Source of the DNA: Deinococcales bacterium | Lineage (GTDB): Bacteria; Deinococcota; Deinococci; Deinococcales; JAAFIG01 | NCBI GenBank assembly: GCA_043778225.1 | Contig: JAYWGM010000049.1 | Location: 1-24,722 of the forward strand | Direction: 5' to 3' | Length of the DNA stretch: 24,722 bases | In this document: positions 16,237-24,663 of the stretch, piece by piece | Layout: each line of letters begins with the position of its first letter | Numbering within the stretch: the first letter of the stretch is position 1 | Program-made: the position numbers and the translations under genes | Notes under the pieces: model-generated | Database searches by the model: none | Seen by the model: only the letters and a program-made list of their open reading frames with translations | What the model was told of the DNA's origin: nothing

Positions 16237-17868
16237 GTGAAACAACTTGTACTTCGTTTTGTTCTGTCTTTGGCTTTTCTTGGCGTTGCCCAAGCCCAAA
16301 CCCTGCCCAAAGAAACCCGCACCCGCATTATTCAGTCGGTGGTCGAGGTCTTGGCACTCGAGAACGACTCTGGCATACCACGCCTTGGCAGTCAGGGTGG
16401 CAGTGGCACAATCATCAGCAGCAGTGGCTACTTACTGACCAATTACCATGTGATTTTTGACGATGAAACAGGCAAGGAAATTAAACGCCATGCGATTCGT
16501 TTTACCGATAACCCGACCAAAGAACCTATTCTTAAAGGCATTGCCACGATTGCCATGACCATACCCAAACTCGACTTGGCACTCTTAAAAATTACTCAAG
16601 ACGAAAAAGGCAATCCAATCTCGAGCAGCGCAAAATTTGTGGCTTCGCCCGTTGGCAATCCATTTGACATGGTGCTGGGCGAACATTTAACCATTGCGGG
16701 CTATCCAGACATTGGTGGACGCACAATTACCTTTACAACTGGCGTTTTTAGTGGTTGGACGGCCGAAAATAACCGTGGGGCTGGCACGAATTGGATTAAA
16801 ACCGATGGCAAAATCTCGAGTGGCAACTCTGGCGGTGGTGCATTTGATGAACAAGGATTTTTGGTCGGTGTGCCAACGGCTGGAATCTCGAGACGGGTCA
16901 GCCAGAACTTAACCGAATCGCAAAATTATTTGCGCCCGATTCATTTGGCTTACCAATTATTCGATGCTCAAGTGCCAGATGTACTCTGGGCGGGAAATCG
17001 CCGCCCTGTTGTTCCCGCCGATGTGGATGCCACTGGTTTGGTCATCCCAATTGTAGCTGGTGGTTTGTTGCCCGCCAAGTCAGGGCAAACTTGGAGCATG
17101 ACCATTGAAGGGCTACCAACTTGGACTTTAAGCCTAACGCGCCTAGACCAAGACGGCGACCCGACCGGCACAGCCAACCAAGCTGGCAGCAGCCAACCGT
17201 TTATTGCTTATGCTTACGAAGACGATGGCTTATTTTATTTTCATGTTGAATCGCAACGCAACGAAGCCTTTGCTTGTACTTTTGAAGACCCGATTACCGC
17301 TAAAGATGGTCTGCTGTCCGAAGGTGAAGCCCTCAACAGTCCCCCAGACGCGGACAACTGGCGCAGCCTGAACCGCAGTTGTAGTGTTCGGTTAGGCAAC
17401 GCCGCAACAATAGCAATAGCCGCCCCACCAGTCAGCGCCGACCCACCAAAGGCTGGTGGCACACTGGCAGCTGCTTTCCCGCCCAAGCCGGGGCAAACTT
17501 GGACAGTCACGATCGAAGGACTTTCGCCGTGGACCCTCGAGTTCAAAAACCTAGATAAAGATGGTGACCCCGAAGGCACGGGTCGTCAAGGCACTTTTAG
17601 TGCGGCGGCTTTTGCCTTTACCGACGACGAGAACTCGAGGGTCTTTCAGTTTTTTGGTGCAAATGGCGGCTATTGGTGTGTTTTCCAAAAAAATGCAGCC
17701 TTGAATGGGGCTGGCGAAGCCTATTTCCGAGCCACTGGTCAGCAAACACCCAGCAAAATGAACCGCACTTGTGGCGCAAACTTGGTTGGGGCTGGCGGCA
17801 CAACTTTTAGTAAGCTCGAGCCACAAGAATTCTTTAAGTTGATAAAATTCAGCCATTTGGCATACTGA
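16237..17868 (+). CDS. Secreted trypsin-like (S1) serine protease with two tandem C-terminal accessory domains
   Basis: Signal peptide ending AQA; catalytic triad motifs TNYHV, DLALL, GNSGG; SD GGAGG. Confidence 0.9.
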   Translation: MKQLVLRFVLSLAFLGVAQAQTLPKETRTRIIQSVVEVLALENDSGIPRLGSQGGSGTIISSSGYLLTNYHVIFDDETGKEIKRHAIRFTDNPTKEPILKGIATIAMTIPKLDLALLKITQDEKGNPISSSAKFVASPVGNPFDMVLGEHLTIAGYPDIGGRTITFTTGVFSGWTAENNRGAGTNWIKTDGKISSGNSGGGAFDEQGFLVGVPTAGISRRVSQNLTESQNYLRPIHLAYQLFDAQVPDVLWAGNRRPVVPADVDATGLVIPIVAGGLLPAKSGQTWSMTIEGLPTWTLSLTRLDQDGDPTGTANQAGSSQPFIAYAYEDDGLFYFHVESQRNEAFACTFEDPITAKDGLLSEGEALNSPPDADNWRSLNRSCSVRLGNAATIAIAAPPVSADPPKAGGTLAAAFPPKPGQTWTVTIEGLSPWTLEFKNLDKDGDPEGTGRQGTFSAAAFAFTDDENSRVFQFFGANGGYWCVFQKNAALNGAGEAYFRATGQQTPSKMNRTCGANLVGAGGTTFSKLEPQEFFKLIKFSHLAY

Positions 17869-17893
17869 CAAAAGCCTGCCCAACCAGTACAAT
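17865..17893 (+). promoter_or_regulatory. Sigma-70 promoter of ssrA
   Basis: CTGACA-17 nt-TACAAT, ending about 30 nt upstream of the mature 5' end. Confidence 0.75.
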
Positions 17894-17924
17894 AGCAAAG
17901 CATCTGAATATCGGGTGTCACCGT

Positions 17925-18296
17925 GGGCGCGTACTTGGTTTCGACAGGGACTGCTGAAGGTGTGGTTGCGAGCCGCAGATGGTGGTTGGCTGCGAAAAAA
18001 TCCACCAAGCCTTTAACTGGCACAAATGTTTTGAAAATGGGCGCACGCGCTCCATTAGCACTGGCTGCTTAATTCAGCCAAAGCCGCTTAGAGACCCGGC
18101 AGTTGGTGTCTAACCCGCTTAATCATAGACTGCTAGTTTTGGTCATGCCTCATAACCAAATACGAAAATAATGAGGATGCTGCAACAACAACCTGCCTTT
18201 GGGTTCGTTTAGCAAAAGATTAGTATAAAGGCTACGCTCGTAGATGCCCACTGAACGGGTTTTTGGACGAGGGTTCGACCCCCTCCGCGTCCACCA
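17925..18296 (+). ncRNA. ssrA: tmRNA; predicted tag (A)GTNVLKMGARAPLALAA* at 18019-18072
   Basis: 5' GGGCGCG pairs with 3' CGCGTCC-ACCA with a G3-U alanine wobble; 5' GGTTTCGAC motif; 3' GGACGAGGGTTCGACCCCCTC T-arm; TAACT before the resume codon; tag ends ALAA-TAA. Confidence 0.96.
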
Positions 18297-18334
18297 AAAG
18301 AAAAGCTCGAGGCAAACCTCGAGCTTTTTTCTTT
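18297..18334. terminator. Bidirectional intrinsic terminator after ssrA
   Basis: AAAAGCTCGAGG-CAAA-CCTCGAGCTTTT followed by a T-rich tail. Confidence 0.9.
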
Positions 18335-19625
18335 ATTGCAGATTGCTGATGTCTATTTCGGCACTTCTCGAGTTATGCCAAGCCAAACGTAATTTTTTTG
18401 GCTGAATACCTTTTTCGACTTCAATCAATGCCCGTAAGAGCAGTTCTTGGTTGGGTTGTAACTCGACACTCAGGCTTGTATCGCGGTTAGCAAAGTAGCT
18501 CCAGTCCGAGATTCGACTCGAGATGCCGTCTTGGTCAAGAAACGACAGATTAGAAAGCCCCCCATAAATACCAATTGGCGATTTAAGGGTGTTCTTGACC
18601 GTAAAATAGACCACCATCCAACGCCCACCTTCTGGCGCGGTACTGCCATCAAACCACGGGGCGGTGCTGTACTCAACCCGTTCGAGCTTAAAATTGGTGC
18701 GTCCAGGATAATAGACTCCATACTGGGCTGGAAAAAATAACAGCGCAGTCGAGCCATCGGTCACGTTCGGGTCGGCAAATGGGGCTGGAATTGGCGCAAC
18801 TTTACCGCGCAAGTCGTAGCGCCAAACCGCGCCGTTGCAGTCGTCCACAATCATCTTAGGCAGACTCACATCTCTGTCCATGATGATACGGGTATAGATG
18901 CTGATTTTTTGGGCTGGGCGTAAATTGATGCTGACCGAGCGCATTGTACCTTGTTCGTACCAGTAGCTTTCCGCTTCGACATTTTGATTTTTGGAATCCA
19001 CCCCCGAAAAACGAATTTTCGTGCCAGAAACATAGATTTCGCCTTTGGTCGGATTTTGCACCGTCGCATAAATAAGCAAGGCTTTTTTACTCGAGTCAAG
19101 CAAATCGTCTTTTTCGCCACCATCGTATAAATAATTACCAATACTGTACTCGAGTTTGGTGATGGAGTAATTGATGGCAGTATCCAGCCCCTTGCAGAGC
19201 GTATATGTTTGCCCCAGAACGCCCTCGCCGCCGCTTTGCTGGGTTGTGCCTTGGATACTTGGGGCGTTGGTGACTGGAGTGGCTGGACTCGAGATGGTGA
19301 TGGTGCTGCCCGAAACACTGGCAGTTAATCCTAAACCTTTGGCGACATCCAAGGCTGGAGCATAGGCAACATCTTTTTGCAGTGCAACTGGCACTTTAAT
19401 GGTTTTAGCGTTGCGGCTAAAAGTGGCGGTTTTACCCTTTAAGTCAAGGCTGATATTCGAGCCAATCGCGGCGGCATAAGGCTTACTCGAGAGTGCCAGT
19501 TTACCCGCCACGACCACACCCGCGAGGCTAGTGGATTTGCCAGCAAAAACAACTTTGTAAGACGTTTGCGCCAGTGCGATGGCTGCCAGAGATAGACCCA
19601 AGACCAACAAAGCTATTTTTTTCAT
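18333..19625 (-). CDS. Secreted hypothetical protein (AMIN/stalk-like N-terminus, two Ig-like DUF4352-type domains)
   Basis: Signal peptide ending ALA-Q; two similar segments (LLIYATVQNPTK...SINLRPAQKI and MVVYFTVKNTLK...SVELQPNQEL); SD AGGAG. Domain names come from pattern only. Confidence 0.75.
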   Translation of the reverse strand: MKKIALLVLGLSLAAIALAQTSYKVVFAGKSTSLAGVVVAGKLALSSKPYAAAIGSNISLDLKGKTATFSRNAKTIKVPVALQKDVAYAPALDVAKGLGLTASVSGSTITISSPATPVTNAPSIQGTTQQSGGEGVLGQTYTLCKGLDTAINYSITKLEYSIGNYLYDGGEKDDLLDSSKKALLIYATVQNPTKGEIYVSGTKIRFSGVDSKNQNVEAESYWYEQGTMRSVSINLRPAQKISIYTRIIMDRDVSLPKMIVDDCNGAVWRYDLRGKVAPIPAPFADPNVTDGSTALLFFPAQYGVYYPGRTNFKLERVEYSTAPWFDGSTAPEGGRWMVVYFTVKNTLKSPIGIYGGLSNLSFLDQDGISSRISDWSYFANRDTSLSVELQPNQELLLRALIEVEKGIQPKKLRLAWHNSRSAEIDISNLQ

Positions 19626-19647
19626 TCGAGAACTCCTTTTGATTAGT

Positions 19648-21429
19648 TTAACTCAAAATCTGATTTCTCGAGTCGGTTTCACGAAACTGCATTTCAAAAA
19701 GGTCTTTGTAGAGTCCAGCACTGCTTAAAAGTTCAGAATGCGTTCCGATACTCGAGATTCGCCCATGTTCTAAAACCGCAATTCTTGAGGCATTTCGCAC
19801 CGTACTCAAGCGGTGGGCAATTACAAAAGTAGTGCGCGATTTCATTAGTCGCTCGAGGGCTTCTTGCACCAAAAATTCAGATTCGTTATCTAGGGCGCTG
19901 GTGGCTTCATCAAGAATTAGAATCCGTGGGTTTTTAAGAATCGCTCTGGCAATCGCAATGCGCTGACGTTGCCCGCCCGATAACTTCATACCACGCTCAC
20001 CGACCACGGTAGCAAACCCCTGCTCGAGTTTTTCGATAAACTCTAGGGCATTGGCAGCTTTGGCGGCGGCTTCTACTTGGGCATCGGTGGCTTCGGCTCG
20101 ACCATAGCGAATATTTTCGAGAATACTGCCACTAAACAACTGGGTTTCTTGTGGCACAATCCCAATTTGACTCCGTAAATCAGACAACTTGAGTTGGCGA
20201 ATATCCACGCCATCCAAACGAATAACCCCGTGGCTTAAATCGTAAAAACGCGGTATCAGGCTAACCAAGGTACTCTTGCCCGCGCCACTTGTACCAACCA
20301 GTGCCAGCACCTCGCCGGCTTTGACTTCTAGGTTAATGTTCTCGAGAACTGGTGTTTCTCGAGAAGTATACTTAAAACTGACATTCTCGAATTGCACTCG
20401 CCCTTGCACGGCTACAAGTTCTTGGGGTTGCAATGGCTCGAGTAAATCGCTTGGCATTTCAAGGATTTCAAAAATTCGGCTTGAAGCGCCAAGGGCTTCT
20501 TGAAATTGGGTAAAAATTCCACTTAGGCTTGCCATTGCGGTAGACAACCCAAGGGCATAAAACATAAAACTAATCAGCGCCCCAGGCGTTAAATTACCCT
20601 CAAACGCCAAGCGCCCACCGTACCACAAGACAAAACCCAAGCCCGAAAAAGCAATAAAAAGCATGGTTGAGCCAAATGCCGAATTGAGGGCATTGCGTTT
20701 CATGGCGGTGCTAAAAGTGGCTTCGATACCAGTGCCGTATTTTGTGCGCTCCAGCAATTCGTTGGTAAAAGACTGCACCACACGAATATTGGTCAGGGCT
20801 TCTTCGGCGCTGGCATTGGCAGCGGCAATTTTATCTTGGACTTCTTTGGAGAGTTTACGCACTTGTCGCCCAAAAAAAATCGCACCAAAAACAATAAATG
20901 GCGTAACCAATAAAGTCACCAATGCCAGTTTCCAATTGGTCACAAACATCATCACCGCACTGCCAAATAAAGAAATGGTCTGGCTTAGCCCGTTGGCTAA
21001 AGCGCTCGAGGCGACAGTCTGGACAGTGGCAGCATCTGAAGTCAGACGCGAAGTCAGTTCGCCGACCTTACGGCTTTCAAAAAAACCACTCGAAAGCGAT
21101 AACAAATGCTGATACACGGTGCGCCGTACATCACGCACCACACTACTGCCAACAAAGGCTAAACCGTAAGACTGAGCCGCACTAAAAATACCCTGTCCTA
21201 ATGCCACCAGCACCAGTAAAACAACCACGCGGTCAAGTTCGGCGGTGTCTTTGCTGGCTAAATTCAAAAAACTTGCATCCACCAAGCGCCCAAGCACCTG
21301 TGGAAAAACCAAACCCAGCCCACTCGAGACCAAGGTGGCTAAACCCGCCAAAACCAAGACCCAGCGGTATGGCTTAGAAAAACGCATCAGGCGAGGGAAT
21401 TGACCAACCGATTTTTTAGCATCCAACAC
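19648..21429 (-). CDS. ABC transporter fused permease/ATP-binding protein (MsbA/ABCB-type exporter)
   Basis: TM domain; Walker A GTSGAGKS; Q-loop VPQE; signature LSGGQRQR; Walker B ILILDEATSALD; switch IAHRL. Confidence 0.95.
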   Translation of the reverse strand: MLDAKKSVGQFPRLMRFSKPYRWVLVLAGLATLVSSGLGLVFPQVLGRLVDASFLNLASKDTAELDRVVVLLVLVALGQGIFSAAQSYGLAFVGSSVVRDVRRTVYQHLLSLSSGFFESRKVGELTSRLTSDAATVQTVASSALANGLSQTISLFGSAVMMFVTNWKLALVTLLVTPFIVFGAIFFGRQVRKLSKEVQDKIAAANASAEEALTNIRVVQSFTNELLERTKYGTGIEATFSTAMKRNALNSAFGSTMLFIAFSGLGFVLWYGGRLAFEGNLTPGALISFMFYALGLSTAMASLSGIFTQFQEALGASSRIFEILEMPSDLLEPLQPQELVAVQGRVQFENVSFKYTSRETPVLENINLEVKAGEVLALVGTSGAGKSTLVSLIPRFYDLSHGVIRLDGVDIRQLKLSDLRSQIGIVPQETQLFSGSILENIRYGRAEATDAQVEAAAKAANALEFIEKLEQGFATVVGERGMKLSGGQRQRIAIARAILKNPRILILDEATSALDNESEFLVQEALERLMKSRTTFVIAHRLSTVRNASRIAVLEHGRISSIGTHSELLSSAGLYKDLFEMQFRETDSRNQILS

Positions 21430-21505
21430 CCGATATTCATACCATGCGCGTCACACCACAATCGCCAAAAAATGTGAGAAAATACACCAATTCATAAGGA
21501 GTCCT

Positions 21506-22339
21506 ATGCGCCCGATTTGGTTGGTAATCGCAATAATCTTGGTTGGTGGAGCAATTGCTCAAACTACTTTTAAGCTCGTGATTAACGGCAAAACCGCCTC
21601 AAGTGGCTGGATTAACCTTAACGGCAAAGTCTATCTTCCGCTCGAGGCTTTACAAAAAGCTGGGGTCAGCGCCAAAAAATCTGGCAACACTTATACCTTG
21701 ACGCTGCCAAAAATCGCCAGCCCAACGCCAAAACCTGTCGTTACACCAAAACCAGTCACCACGGTCACTGTCCCAAAACCAGTCACCACGCCAATTTCAC
21801 CCATCAGCCCGATTGCACCTGTTGCACCTGTTGCACCTATCAGCCCACCAGTCAATCCGATTCTTGGGGTCAATACCTCGAGTGGCAGTATTAAAATCGT
21901 GGTCAGCAATGCCAATAAACCTCTGCTCGAGGGGTGCAGTGGTCAAAGCCTAAACAATGGTGTCTGGCTGATGCGGATATTAAATTTTGCACCACTCATC
22001 CGTGACAGCAAAGTTGGTTACTTGGTGACGCTCGAGTACAGCAATATCTCGGTCAATGCTTTATCTTTATTCGATACCGGTTTTAGCGATGGTGAAGGTG
22101 GCGCAGGCAATTTCACGCTGCAATTACAAGAAAACAGCACCTTGGCTTCAAGCAACACCGAAGCTGGCTTTTTATACAACATTGTTCAGCCAAACAGCAA
22201 AGCCAGTGTGGACATCTTTTTTTTAACTAACCAAACCAGTCTGCCAACCCCGCAACGTTTTACCGTCGGACAAGAACGCCGTGTGGCTGGCTTTACGGTC
22301 TCTGACCCAAGCCTGCGCTTTAAGCTCGATTGCCGATGA
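21506..22339 (+). CDS. Secreted hypothetical protein with stalk-like N-domain, Pro/Thr-rich linker and two-Cys C-terminal domain
   Basis: Signal peptide ending AIA-Q; NGKVYLPLEAL motif; TPKPV/PISP/VAP repeats; SD AAGGAG. Confidence 0.8.
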   Translation: MRPIWLVIAIILVGGAIAQTTFKLVINGKTASSGWINLNGKVYLPLEALQKAGVSAKKSGNTYTLTLPKIASPTPKPVVTPKPVTTVTVPKPVTTPISPISPIAPVAPVAPISPPVNPILGVNTSSGSIKIVVSNANKPLLEGCSGQSLNNGVWLMRILNFAPLIRDSKVGYLVTLEYSNISVNALSLFDTGFSDGEGGAGNFTLQLQENSTLASSNTEAGFLYNIVQPNSKASVDIFFLTNQTSLPTPQRFTVGQERRVAGFTVSDPSLRFKLDCR

Positions 22340-22791
22340 GACTGCATATGATTACGGTTGGCACGCCAAAACTCGAGTATGCCCAAATTGGCTGCCAAAT
22401 GTACAGCACACGGCTTGAGCGTTTTCATAAAGTCAGGTTTACGCGGGTACGTGACAGCAAAAAGTCTGGCGAAGCCGCCATGCTCGAGGAAGGACAAGCA
22501 ATCCTCGAGACGGTTGGCAAAGCCTATTTATTTGCGCTTGACCCAAACGGGCGGCAACTCGAGACTCCAGCCCTTGCCCAAAAACTCGAGCAATTAGGCG
22601 TAGATGGACACGGCGAACTGGCATTTTGCATTGGCGGCGACGAAGGGCTGTCTGATGCTGTCAAAACTCGAGCCGACAGTTTGTGGAGTTTAAGCCAACT
22701 GACTTTTCCGCATGACCTAGCGCAGTTGGTGCTGCTTGAGGCTTTGTACCGTGCCAGTACGATTAACGCTGGGGTTAAATACCACAAATAA
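22336..22791 (+). CDS. rlmH: 23S rRNA (pseudouridine1915-N3)-methyltransferase RlmH; start ATG 22336
   Basis: Motifs ITVG, FCIGGDEGL, SLSQLTFPHDLA, LLEALYRASTI, YHK; ATGA overlap with the upstream gene. Confidence 0.95.
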   Translation: MRLHMITVGTPKLEYAQIGCQMYSTRLERFHKVRFTRVRDSKKSGEAAMLEEGQAILETVGKAYLFALDPNGRQLETPALAQKLEQLGVDGHGELAFCIGGDEGLSDAVKTRADSLWSLSQLTFPHDLAQLVLLEALYRASTINAGVKYHK

Positions 22792-22879
22792 GCAGCACTG
22801 GCTTTGAATAGATTAAAATCATGAAACCCAACAGCATTCCATTTCGAGCCAAAATTGCACCTTTTGGTTGCGTCATAGC

Positions 22880-22915
22880 TTGACAAGATGAGTCAAAAAA
22901 CCAATATGCTAGAAT
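22880..22915 (+). promoter_or_regulatory. TA operon promoter with palindromic operator
   Basis: TTGAC-N7-GTCAA palindrome (22880-22896); extended -10 TGcTAGAAT 6 nt before ATG 22922. Confidence 0.55.
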
Positions 22916-22921
22916 CTTCGT

Positions 22922-23146
22922 ATGACCCTAACGCTAAATCTCAAACCACAACTTGAGCAACAACTCGAACAAGCTGCCAGAAAAAAAGGTGTAACACTCG
23001 AGGAATTGCTCGAACAAGACCTCGAGCAGCGCTGGTTAATCCCAGACCCATTAGCACAGTTCTCGAGCATTGGCTTAGGCGAATCCGATTTAAATGCCAA
23101 AGATAGTAAGGCTTGGCTTAAAGAACAATGGAATAAAGTATTGTGA
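22922..23146 (+). CDS. Putative VapB-type antitoxin (RHH/CopG-like)
   Basis: MTLTLNLKPQLEQQLEQAARKKGVTLEELL beta-alpha-alpha pattern; C-terminal IGLGES motif; GTGA overlap with the PIN gene. Confidence 0.8.
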   Translation: MTLTLNLKPQLEQQLEQAARKKGVTLEELLEQDLEQRWLIPDPLAQFSSIGLGESDLNAKDSKAWLKEQWNKVL

Positions 23147-23538
23147 CACTCGACTCAAGTGCCATTTTTGCTTTGTTGAACAGTAAAGACCTAGACCATA
23201 CTCGTATCAGAATGGCATTGTCCAAGCATCGTCCACCGTTTATTGTTGCAACCGCAGCCCTTGCCGAAATTTCGTACATGATCGAAACTCGTCTTGGCTT
23301 TTATGTCTTGGATGCTTTCCTCAGCGACATTGAATTGGGCTTATTTCGTTTAGATTTTCGTGAATCAGATATACCTCGAGCGCGAATTTTGGCACGTCGT
23401 TATCAAGACCTATCTTTGGGTTTAGCTGATGCGTTAATTATCGCCTGTGCTGAACGAAACGGTGGAAAAGTGATGAGTTTAGATCAACATTTTTGGATTG
23501 TATCCAATGAAGGATTTATCACTGTCGAATCATTATGA
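23143..23538 (+). CDS. PIN-domain VapC toxin
   Basis: Motifs LDSSAIFAL, LAEISY, LGLADA, SLDQHF (PIN acidic residues). Confidence 0.9.
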   Translation: MTLDSSAIFALLNSKDLDHTRIRMALSKHRPPFIVATAALAEISYMIETRLGFYVLDAFLSDIELGLFRLDFRESDIPRARILARRYQDLSLGLADALIIACAERNGGKVMSLDQHFWIVSNEGFITVESL

Positions 23539-23616
23539 TTTTTGACCTCGCAATGTGGCTCGAGCAGCTTTGTTTTATGACTGGAATTTGAGCAGCCTTT
23601 TCGAGTACATTAAAGC

Positions 23617-24663
23617 ATGAACGCCAACATTTCTGCCCCATCTCGAGCCATGCCCATTGGTCGCGCCCGCGTAAGTTGGACAGACAACCTGATTACCATT
23701 GCTCTTGGCTTGTGGCTGATTGCGGGGGTTTTTATAGACGGGTTCGCCCACAGTAACCTGCGCGGCAGCATCGAAAGTTTTTTTACGCCTTGGCACGCGA
23801 TTCTTTATGCTGGCTTTAGCGTTTCGGCACTTTGGACAATGTGGTTGGTGTATGGTCAAATTCGCCTCGGGCGAACTGGTTTTGCCGCCATTCCGATTGG
23901 TTACGAATTGGGTTTACTTGGCATTGGTATTTTTGGACTGGGTGGCATCGGCGACATGATTTGGCATTCGGTTTTTGGCATCGAAGTTGGCAATGCCGCG
24001 CTGCTCTCCCCTACCCACCTGATGCTGCTGTGTGGCGGTACGTTATTGGTCACAAGTCCGTTGCGTTCAGGTTGGGCTACCCTTGGTTACGCCCCCAAAT
24101 TCCTCGAGTTTTTGCCTGTGCTTTTGAGTAGTTTTGCAGCCCTAAGTTTTGCAACATTTTTCCAATTGCACGCTTGGGGTTTAACCAATGTGCCAGATGG
24201 CAATAATTATATGAATTGGATTGGCGGCATTCGCGGTAGTACCTCGTTTAACATCGCTTCTAATTTTGCAAACATGGGCATTTTATTCAGCAATGTGATT
24301 CTACTTGCGCCTATCTTGCTGCTGTTACGGCGCTGGAAAACCCCATTTGGCACGTTCACCATCATGTTTACACTCAACACCATCGGTATGACCGTGATTG
24401 GTGGCTCGGTTCATTGGCAAGCCGTCATTGCCATGGCAGTCTCAGGATTATTTGCCGATGTCTTCATTGCCAAATTCAACCCTTCGGTCAAGCACATTCT
24501 CGAGTTTCGGGCTTTGGCGACTCTGCTGCCTGTATTTATTTGGGGAACCCATTTTTTAGTGCGGCATTTACGCGAAGGCATTGCGCTCGAGCTTGAATTC
24601 TGGACTGGCACAATAGTCATGGCAGTAGGGCAAACGCACCAAGTTGAGCTTGCTGTACCCTAA
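23617..24663 (+). CDS. Multi-pass membrane protein of unknown function; C-terminus probably replaced by IS sequence after 24625
   Basis: Many TM helices with paired motifs DGFAH, ESFFTPWH, DMIWH, LLSPTH; leaderless -10 TACATT; the last 12 codons lie inside the IS end. Confidence 0.8.
   Translation: MNANISAPSRAMPIGRARVSWTDNLITIALGLWLIAGVFIDGFAHSNLRGSIESFFTPWHAILYAGFSVSALWTMWLVYGQIRLGRTGFAAIPIGYELGLLGIGIFGLGGIGDMIWHSVFGIEVGNAALLSPTHLMLLCGGTLLVTSPLRSGWATLGYAPKFLEFLPVLLSSFAALSFATFFQLHAWGLTNVPDGNNYMNWIGGIRGSTSFNIASNFANMGILFSNVILLAPILLLLRRWKTPFGTFTIMFTLNTIGMTVIGGSVHWQAVIAMAVSGLFADVFIAKFNPSVKHILEFRALATLLPVFIWGTHFLVRHLREGIALELEFWTGTIVMAVGQTHQVELAVP

Larger units (their letters stand above)
21..24591. 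repeat. Highly iterated dispersed palindrome CTCGAG
   Basis: About 175 copies by manual count, in all three reading frames and in intergenic DNA; about 6 expected at equal base frequencies. Confidence 0.95.

Noticed and set aside
18297..19625. Genomic island integrated at the ssrA 3' end
   Set aside because: No integrase and no duplicated ssrA 3' end in the window; a terminator follows directly and downstream genes carry the host CTCGAG signature.
19648..21429. ABC exporter as the dedicated peptide exporter or processing enzyme
   Set aside because: No N-terminal C39 peptidase domain, 9 kb away and in a different operon; nothing in the sequence links them.
21448..21456. GCGTCACAC shared with the peptide promoter (10689-10697)
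   Set aside because: A single 9-mer match is expected by chance; there is no second repeat and no -10 at the same spacing.
22821..22883. 20-codon ORF MKPNSIPFRAKIAPFGCVIA between rlmH and vapB
   Set aside because: No SD, no properly spaced -10 and no recognisable motif.
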